From: Acidobacteriota bacterium
Lineage (GTDB): Bacteria; Acidobacteriota; Vicinamibacteria; Vicinamibacterales; CAVVIG01
NCBI GenBank assembly: GCA_039931615.1
Contig: JBDTRR010000013.1
Span: 28,386 to 92,385, forward strand
Length of the DNA stretch: 64,000 nt
Reading direction: 5' to 3'
Both the position numbers and the translations under genes were made by a program. Positions 55,748 through 64,000 of the stretch are shown here, in pieces (position 1 is the first letter of the stretch; each line of letters opens with the position of its first letter). The notes under the pieces were generated by a model that worked only from the letters and a program-made list of their open reading frames with translations, was not told where the DNA came from and did no database searches.

Positions 55748-56335
55748 ATGACCTCGCGAGCTTTCCTGGTGTTGGCGCTGGCGATCGGCCCGCTGATTTC
55801 GGGCTGTCTGCATGCGAGCGCGAAAACGATGGTCGACAGCCCGCCGCTCGAGATGCCGGCGCCGCCGCCGCGTGTCATTGAAACGGCCGAGGTCACGCCG
55901 CCAGCGGCGCCCCTCGAACTGCCCGAGGAGCCGCTGCGGCAGCCGGTCAGCCCGCCGGTCGCCGCCGTTCCACCCGCCCGTCCGGCGCCCCGCGCCGAGG
56001 CGCCGGCCCGGCTGGAGCCTCCAGCCAGGGTCGATCCGCCGGCCGAGCCGCGGGTCGCCGAAGAGGCGCCCCGCCCCGTCCCCACCCTGCAGACCACACC
56101 CGCGGTGGCCGAAGGAGAGGTCGCGCGCGGCATTCGCATCACCATCGACCGGGCGACCGCGGATCTGAAACGGGTCAACTACGCCGCGCTCAACGGCGAT
56201 GGCCGGACGCAATACGACACGGCGAAGCGGTTCATCGCGCAGGCGGAAGACTCCCTGACCAAGCGCAATCTCGTCCTCGCGCGCAGCCTGGCGGACAAGG
56301 CGCTGGTCGTGGCGGCGCAGCTCGCGCCCCGCTGA
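55748..56335 (+). CDS. Pro-rich lipoprotein with DUF4398-like helical C-terminus
   Basis: The ATG at 55748 lies 5 nt after the kinase stop. The sequence begins MTSRAFLVLALAIGPLISGC, with a lipobox. A Pro/Ala-rich linker follows. The C-terminus reads ATADLKRVNYAALNGDGRTQYDTAKRFIAQAEDSL. Confidence 0.65.
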   Translation: MTSRAFLVLALAIGPLISGCLHASAKTMVDSPPLEMPAPPPRVIETAEVTPPAAPLELPEEPLRQPVSPPVAAVPPARPAPRAEAPARLEPPARVDPPAEPRVAEEAPRPVPTLQTTPAVAEGEVARGIRITIDRATADLKRVNYAALNGDGRTQYDTAKRFIAQAEDSLTKRNLVLARSLADKALVVAAQLAPR

Positions 56336-56441
56336 TGACCCGGGCCGGCGTGGCCTGGCCGGGACACTCGGGCCGGGTCGTCCTTCGATCGTGTCCGGGG
56401 ACGGCCAATTGTCAACATCTTGCGCCTGCCCTAAAACAAAA

Positions 56442-56457
56442 GCACAATATGTAGTGT
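56442..56457. promoter_or_regulatory. NrdR-box-like palindrome
   Basis: GCACAATATGTAGTGT matches the published NrdR box consensus acaCwAtATaTwGtgt at 14/16 positions. It lies 9 nt upstream of a TTGACA -35 element and ~210 nt upstream of nrdJ. Confidence 0.45.
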
Positions 56458-56465
56458 TTACACGC

Positions 56466-56495
56466 TTGACAAACCGCCCGTGTCAGGCTCATATT
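56466..56495 (+). promoter_or_regulatory. Sigma-70-type promoter candidate for nrdJ
   Basis: TTGACA lies at 56466-56471, followed by an 18-nt spacer and CATATT at 56490-56495. This predicts a ~165-nt leader. Confidence 0.35.
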
Positions 56496-56665
56496 GATCC
56501 CCCGGTCGCGCCCCCGGTAAAACCGCGGAACCTCACGCTTCGAGGGAACGAGCCAGGGCGGTACGCAAGGAACATCTGCAGGACCCGAGTCATCCGGGCG
56601 CTCATTCAACAGAATTTTGTCGAGGTCGCTTTCAGACGGAGAGCGATCGGGATTGTGGAGGAGTC

Positions 56666-59509
<2,844 letters not shown>

Positions 59510-59568
59510 GGCTGTTTTTCAAAAACATACCCGACCCCTTTTCTTTTTTGTCACAAGGAGCACGAATC

Positions 59569-60180
59569 ATGGTGCGTAGCGCGTACCTCGTTCCGGGAAT
59601 CATGCTGATGGCGTCGGCGGCGGCTCTGGGCCAGGGACCGGGCGGCGCCGCCGGACCGGTCGGCGTGGCGGCCGGGCTGCAGCGCGGCTACGCCCAGCTC
59701 AAGGGCAACCTCACGCAGTCGGCGGAGAAGATGCCCGAGGCGGACTACGGGTTCAAGCCGACCGGCGAGATCCGCAGCTTCGGACAGTTGTGGGGTCACG
59801 TCGCCAGTGCCCAGTTCGGCCAGTGCTCGCAGGCCAAGGGGGTCGCCAACCCGAGTCAAGGGGTCGATCTGGAAACGAAGACGTCCAAGGCCGAGTTCGT
59901 CAAGGCGCTGGCCGACTCGTTCGCGTTTTGCGACGATGCGTTCTCGGCGCTGACCGACGCGAGCGCGGCTGAGATGATCCAGGGAGGCCGCGGGCCGGCC
60001 ACCGCCCGCGCCATCGCGCTGACCGGCGTGCTGACCCACGGCAGCGAGATGTACGGCATCGGCACCGTCTACCTGCGCCTCAAAGGGCTGGTGCCGCCGT
60101 CGACCGAGAATCAGGGCCGCCGCGGCGGTGGTGGTGGCGGCGGTAACGGCGGCGGCGGACGGGGACGCGCCCAGCAGTAA
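59569..60180 (+). CDS. Secreted DinB-superfamily protein with Gly-rich tail
   Basis: AAGGAG lies 8 nt upstream of ATG 59569. It has a signal peptide (IMLMASAAALGQG). LWGHVASAQ and LTHGSEMYG are DinB-type His motifs. The tail is RRGGGGGGGNGGGGRG. Confidence 0.7.
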   Translation: MVRSAYLVPGIMLMASAAALGQGPGGAAGPVGVAAGLQRGYAQLKGNLTQSAEKMPEADYGFKPTGEIRSFGQLWGHVASAQFGQCSQAKGVANPSQGVDLETKTSKAEFVKALADSFAFCDDAFSALTDASAAEMIQGGRGPATARAIALTGVLTHGSEMYGIGTVYLRLKGLVPPSTENQGRRGGGGGGGNGGGGRGRAQQ

Positions 60181-60224
60181 CGCGGCGGTCACCGTAGGCT
60201 GACTTCGCGGCGTATGTATCCGTC

Positions 60225-61058
60225 ATGCCAGTAGTGGGCCGGCTCCGATATCTCGAAGCGTTGCCGCCAGATGTGTCCTCGCTGGCGTCCCGTCCCGGCG
60301 GTGGCGCCGGCCAGCTGCACGGCACGGTGGTCCTGATCCACGGCTTTCCCTTGAACGCGCGGATGTGGGAGCCGCAGCTCGAGCTCGCCCAGCACGGCTG
60401 GCGCGTCATCGTCCCGCAGCTGCGCGGCTTCGACGGTCCGGCGGCTGATCCCGTGGCGGCTTCTGTCGATGACTACGCCGGCGACGTCATCGACCTGCTC
60501 GATGCGCTGCACATCGAACAGGCGGTGATCGGCGGCCTGTCGATGGGCGGCTACATTACCTTCGCGGTGTTCCGTCACGCCGCCCGTTACTTCCGCGGCA
60601 TGATCCTCGCCGATACGCGCGCCCAGGCCGATACGCCCGAGGGTGTCGAGGGCCGCCAGCGGATGATTCAGCTGGTGCGCGAGAAGGGCGCGGCGGCGGC
60701 GGCCGACGAGATGCTGCCCCGGCTGATCGGCGCGTCGACGCGGGCGCTGCGTCCGGAGGTCGAGCAGGCGGTCCGCGGCCTGATCCTTTCGAACCCGCCT
60801 GAGACGATCGTCGGCGCCCTGATGGCGCTGATGACCCGTCCGGACGCGACGCCGTCGCTGGCGGCCATCCATTGCCCGGCCCTGGTCCTGGTCGGCGACG
60901 AGGACGTCATCACGCCGCCCGCGGCGAGCCGGGAGATCGCCGGCGGCATCGCCGGCGCCGAATTGGTGGTCATCCCGGGCGCCGGCCACATGTCGAACAT
61001 GGAGCAGCCGGCGGCGTTCAATCGCGCCGTCGCCCGCTTCCTCGACCATCGGGTATAG
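60225..61058 (+). CDS. Alpha/beta-fold hydrolase
   Basis: VVLIHGFPLNARMW matches the N-terminal hydrolase region. GLSMGG is the nucleophile elbow GxSxG. The C-terminus has GAGHMSNMEQP. Confidence 0.85.
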   Translation: MPVVGRLRYLEALPPDVSSLASRPGGGAGQLHGTVVLIHGFPLNARMWEPQLELAQHGWRVIVPQLRGFDGPAADPVAASVDDYAGDVIDLLDALHIEQAVIGGLSMGGYITFAVFRHAARYFRGMILADTRAQADTPEGVEGRQRMIQLVREKGAAAAADEMLPRLIGASTRALRPEVEQAVRGLILSNPPETIVGALMALMTRPDATPSLAAIHCPALVLVGDEDVITPPAASREIAGGIAGAELVVIPGAGHMSNMEQPAAFNRAVARFLDHRV

Positions 61059-61068
61059 TCGATCGGGT

Positions 61069-61902
61069 ATGCGCTCAGCTCTTATCGCCTGCCTGCTGGT
61101 CCTCTGTGTCAGTCTGCCGTCGGTTGCCCAGGACGTCCAGGCGGATGCCGCCCGCCGGAAGAGCTACGACGAAATGCTCGACCTGAACGTCCGGGACGGC
61201 CTGGTCTATTACCGCGCGTTGCGCGCGGGGCGCGGACCGCTCGACGCGTATGTCGCGTCGCTGGCGGCGGCGGCGTCGCTCGCCTCGGCGAGCCGCGAGG
61301 AACAGATGGCGTTCTGGCTCAACGCCTACAACGCGATCGTGCTCAAGACCGTTGTCGATCACTACCCGATTCCGCAGCGCTCGTCGGAATACCCGGCGCG
61401 CAGCATCCGGCAGATCCCCGGCGCGTTCGAGCGCACCGCGCACCGGGTGGCCGGCCGGATGGTCACGCTCGATCAGATCGAGCAGACGATCCTGGCGGAG
61501 TTCCACGACCCGCGGCTCTACCTGGCGCTCGGCCGCGGCGCGATCGGCGGCGGCCGGCTGCGCAGCGAGGCGTACAGCGGGGCCGGACTGGAAGCGCAGC
61601 TGAAAGACGCGGTCGCCGAGTGTGTCACCCGGGCGCAGTGCATCGAGATCGACCGGGCCAACAGCCAGATCAGCATCAGCCCGATCTTCTCCTGGCGATC
61701 GGCCGAGTTCATCGCCGCCTATGCGAGCACGACGCCGGAACTGTTCGCGACCCGCAGCCCGGTCGAGCGCGCGCTCCTGGCGTTCATCCAGCCGCACCTC
61801 CTGACCACCGAGCGGGAGTTCCTCGAGAAGAACCAGTTCAAGATCGCCTTCAAGCCGTTCGACTGGTCGCTCAACGATCTGACGGGGCGCGGGGGGCGAT
61901 GA
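61069..61902 (+). CDS. DUF547-domain protein (secreted)
   Basis: It has a signal peptide (ALIACLLVLCVSLPSVAQ). EEQMAFWLNAYNAIVLKTVVDHYP is typical of DUF547. Confidence 0.72.
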   Translation: MRSALIACLLVLCVSLPSVAQDVQADAARRKSYDEMLDLNVRDGLVYYRALRAGRGPLDAYVASLAAAASLASASREEQMAFWLNAYNAIVLKTVVDHYPIPQRSSEYPARSIRQIPGAFERTAHRVAGRMVTLDQIEQTILAEFHDPRLYLALGRGAIGGGRLRSEAYSGAGLEAQLKDAVAECVTRAQCIEIDRANSQISISPIFSWRSAEFIAAYASTTPELFATRSPVERALLAFIQPHLLTTEREFLEKNQFKIAFKPFDWSLNDLTGRGGR

Positions 61903-61915
61903 CAGTGGATGGAGA

Positions 61916-62110
61916 GATGTGAGGATGTAAGAAAGTAAGGATGTAAGAAAGTTAGGATGTAAGAAAGTAAGGATGTAAGAAAGTTCGGAATGTTGGAATC
62001 TTCGAGATCCTCACATCCAAAACTTGCTCACATCCACCTTCGTCACTTCGTCACTTCGTCACTTCCTTACATCCTCACTTCCTCACTTCCTCACATCCAA
62101 ACATCCTCAG
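61916..62110. repeat. Compound tandem repeats: 4 x 16-bp AGGATGTAAGAAAGTW, then CGTCACTT x3 / CCTCACTT x2 / CTCACATCC words (partially complementary arms)
   Basis: The 16-mers lie at 61922-61937, 61938-61953, 61954-61969 and 61970-61985. On the right side, CTTACATCCT and CTCACATCC are reverse complements of left-arm words. The element fills the gap between the DUF547 and SDR genes. Confidence 0.9.
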
Positions 62111-62119
62111 ATTCCGAGT

Positions 62120-62896
62120 ATGGATTTAGCCCTCCAAGACAAGGTCGCCATCGTCACCGGATCGAGCCGTGGGCTTGGCCTGGCCAGTGCCGCGGCGCTG
62201 CTCGCCGAGGGCTGCCGGCTGACCATCTGCGCGCGCGGCGAGACGCGGCTCGCCGAAGCGGCGGCCGAGCTGCGCGCCACCGCCGCCGACGATCGGGTTC
62301 TCGCGGTGACGGCGGACCTGGCGTCCGAGGCCGGCGTCGCACAGGTGGTCGCGCGCACGGTCGAGACGTTCGGCGGACTGGACATCCTCGTCAACAACGT
62401 CGGCCTGGCCGGCGGGCGCACCATTACCGACACCACCGACGCCGAATGGCAGGACGCGATCGATCAGACGCTGTTTCCCGCGATTCGCGCCTCGCGGCTC
62501 GCGGTGCCGCACATGCGGCGCCGCGGCGGCGGCGCGATCGTGATGATCGCGTCGATCTGGGGCCGCGAGTCGGGCGGACGGATGACCTACAACGCGGTCA
62601 AGGCGGCCGAAATCAGCCTGGGGAAATCGCTGGCGCAGCAGCTGGCGCGCGACAACATCCGCGTCAACAGCATCGCGCCCGGCTCGATCCTGTTTCCCGG
62701 CGGCAGCTGGCACCGCCGCCAGCTGCAGGATCCGGCGGGGATGGCCGAGTTCATCCGGAGCGAGCTGCCGTTCGGCCGGTTTGGTCGCGCCGAAGAGGTC
62801 GGCGCCGCGGTGGCCTTCCTCGCATCACCCCGCGCCAGCTGGATCAGCGGCGCCAGCCTAACTGTCGACGGCTGTCAGTCCCGCTCTCAGATCTGA
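62120..62896 (+). CDS. Short-chain dehydrogenase/reductase (FabG-like)
   Basis: The ATG is at 62120. KVAIVTGSSRGLGLA is the TGxxxGxG motif. NNVG also matches. YNAVKAA is the YxxxK motif. The PG motif is present in IAPGSI. Confidence 0.9.
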   Translation: MDLALQDKVAIVTGSSRGLGLASAAALLAEGCRLTICARGETRLAEAAAELRATAADDRVLAVTADLASEAGVAQVVARTVETFGGLDILVNNVGLAGGRTITDTTDAEWQDAIDQTLFPAIRASRLAVPHMRRRGGGAIVMIASIWGRESGGRMTYNAVKAAEISLGKSLAQQLARDNIRVNSIAPGSILFPGGSWHRRQLQDPAGMAEFIRSELPFGRFGRAEEVGAAVAFLASPRASWISGASLTVDGCQSRSQI

Positions 62897-62931
62897 TCCC
62901 TTTCACTCACGAGGACGCGGAGCGTTGGTGA

Positions 62932-64000
62932 TCAGGCCCTCAGCCACACCAGATACACCGGAATCCCCGCCAGGATCAGCGCGAACGTGGCGAGGGTGGG
63001 CGCCGGTTCGTTGACCAGCGCGTTGAGGATGAACCCGACGACGGCCAGGATGAAGATGGCGGGCACGATCGGATAGCCGGGAACCTGATAGGGCCGCACC
63101 ATCGGCCGGCGGCGAAGCCGGAAGATCGCCGCCACGCTGAGGGCGTAGAACGGCCAGATCGCCAGCACGAAGGTATTGGTGATCGCTTCAAAGGTGCGGC
63201 TGAACACCAGCAGCATCCCGAGAGCGGCGGCGAGCAGGATGGCCAGGTGCGGGGTGTGAAAGCGCGGATGGATCCGCGCCAGCGCCCCGAACAGCAGCCC
63301 GTCGTCGGCCATCGCGAAGAAGATGCGGGGCGCCGCCAGCATGATGCCGTTCAGCGAGCTGAACGACGAAATCATCACGAACGAGGAGACGACCACCACG
63401 CCGGTGCGGCCGAAGATCGCCAGCATCGTGTCGGCCGCGACCAGTGGCGATCGGCCGATCGCCTCGACCGGCATCATGTAGAGGTAGGCGAGATTGGCCA
63501 GCAGGTAGATCGCGATGATCGCCAGGGTGCCGCCGATGATCGCGCGCGGGAGGTTGCGCTGCGGCTTCGTCACCTCGCCGCCGACGAGGGAGAGATCGCC
63601 GAACCCGTCGTAGGCCCACAGCACGCTGACCAGCGCCAGACCGAAGCTGCCGGCCGTCACCGCCGCGCCGGGCGCCGCCGCGAGGTGCGCGAACGTGCCG
63701 CCGTAGCGTCCGCCCAGCAGCAGTGACGCCAGCACGATCGCGCCCAATGCGGCGAACTTGACGATGGTGGAGATGCTGACGATGGTGGCGCCGAGCCGGG
63801 CGCCGATGATGTTGACCGAGGCGGCGAAGGCAATCGCGCCCGCCGCGAGCGACCGCGCGACGATCGGGTGCGCCAGCGGATCGACACCGAGCGTACGCAG
63901 GCAATACTCGCCGAAGACGATCGAAATCCCGCCCAGCGCCGAAGCGCGAATGACGGTCAGCTCGGCCCAGCCGAACAGGAAGGCGACCGGCCGGCCCCAG
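62932..64000 (-). CDS. APC-family amino acid permease; 5' end runs off the window
   Basis: ORF track 62932..63747. The frame stays open to base 64000 (reverse complement WGRPVAFLFGWAELTVIRASALGGISIVFGEY...). It is multi-TM. FFAMADDGLLFGALARIHPRFHTP is the same C-terminal APC motif seen in the gene at 1-1193. Confidence 0.85.
   Translation of the reverse strand, partial: WGRPVAFLFGWAELTVIRASALGGISIVFGEYCLRTLGVDPLAHPIVARSLAAGAIAFAASVNIIGARLGATIVSISTIVKFAALGAIVLASLLLGGRYGGTFAHLAAAPGAAVTAGSFGLALVSVLWAYDGFGDLSLVGGEVTKPQRNLPRAIIGGTLAIIAIYLLANLAYLYMMPVEAIGRSPLVAADTMLAIFGRTGVVVVSSFVMISSFSSLNGIMLAAPRIFFAMADDGLLFGALARIHPRFHTPHLAILLAAALGMLLVFSRTFEAITNTFVLAIWPFYALSVAAIFRLRRRPMVRPYQVPGYPIVPAIFILAVVGFILNALVNEPAPTLATFALILAGIPVYLVWLRA

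Noticed and set aside
56410-56500. A second NrdR box that would form the usual tandem pair.
   Set aside because: The sequences about 31 bp on either side of the candidate box show no resemblance to the consensus.
56496-56665. Cobalamin (B12) riboswitch in the nrdJ leader.
   Set aside because: I could not find the conserved B12 box or the GCCACTG core. In addition, B12 riboswitches normally repress B12-independent isozymes and not the B12-dependent class II RNR.

Overview
64 kb of very GC-rich (by eye about 68-70%) bacterial chromosome. The gene content and the REP-like hairpins suggest an Acidobacteria-like organism, but this taxon guess is unverified. I call about 55 protein genes, nearly all of them core functions. 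They include uvrA, lpxC, lysA, tmk, the rplU-rpmA-obg-nadD-rsfS-comF operon, dprA-topA-trmFO-xerC, hslVU, tal, a three-subunit acyl-CoA carboxylase, tamB-bamA-surA-like, and class II RNR nrdJ. The window is also dense in signal transduction: two ECF sigma modules, two NtrC-type sigma-54 activators with kinases, and a third kinase with an HTH-REC regulator and an ABC-F ATPase. I found no rRNA, tRNA, CRISPR array, transposase, phage gene or recognisable defence genes. Both window ends cut APC-family permease genes. The most unusual signal is non-coding. Almost every sizeable intergenic gap holds a low-GC or low-complexity element made of tandemly repeated short words (CAATTCA, TTGTGAATCGTGAC, CACGAAA, AGGATGTAAGAAAGTW, CCGAGGACG, CCCCAG, TTGGTG). 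The reverse complements of these words form the opposite arm, giving long hairpins or MITE-like palindromes. Classic GC-rich REP hairpins also occur, and one REP block sits in frame inside nadD. The best candidates for new biology are listed here. (1) The word-repeat hairpin family. (2) The in-frame REP insertion in nadD. (3) An ECF sigma / STAS / 88-aa / radical-SAM operon whose radical-SAM enzyme has a non-canonical Cys motif. (4) Sigma-54 promoter matches in front of a Gly/Tyr-rich PEGA protein and a TPR-lipoprotein pair. (5) A kinase / HTH-REC / ABC-F operon. (6) Translational coupling of the carboxylase genes to tamB-bamA. All calls come from reading the sequence and the ORF track. No searches or folding were run, so family names are recognitions from motifs and not database hits.
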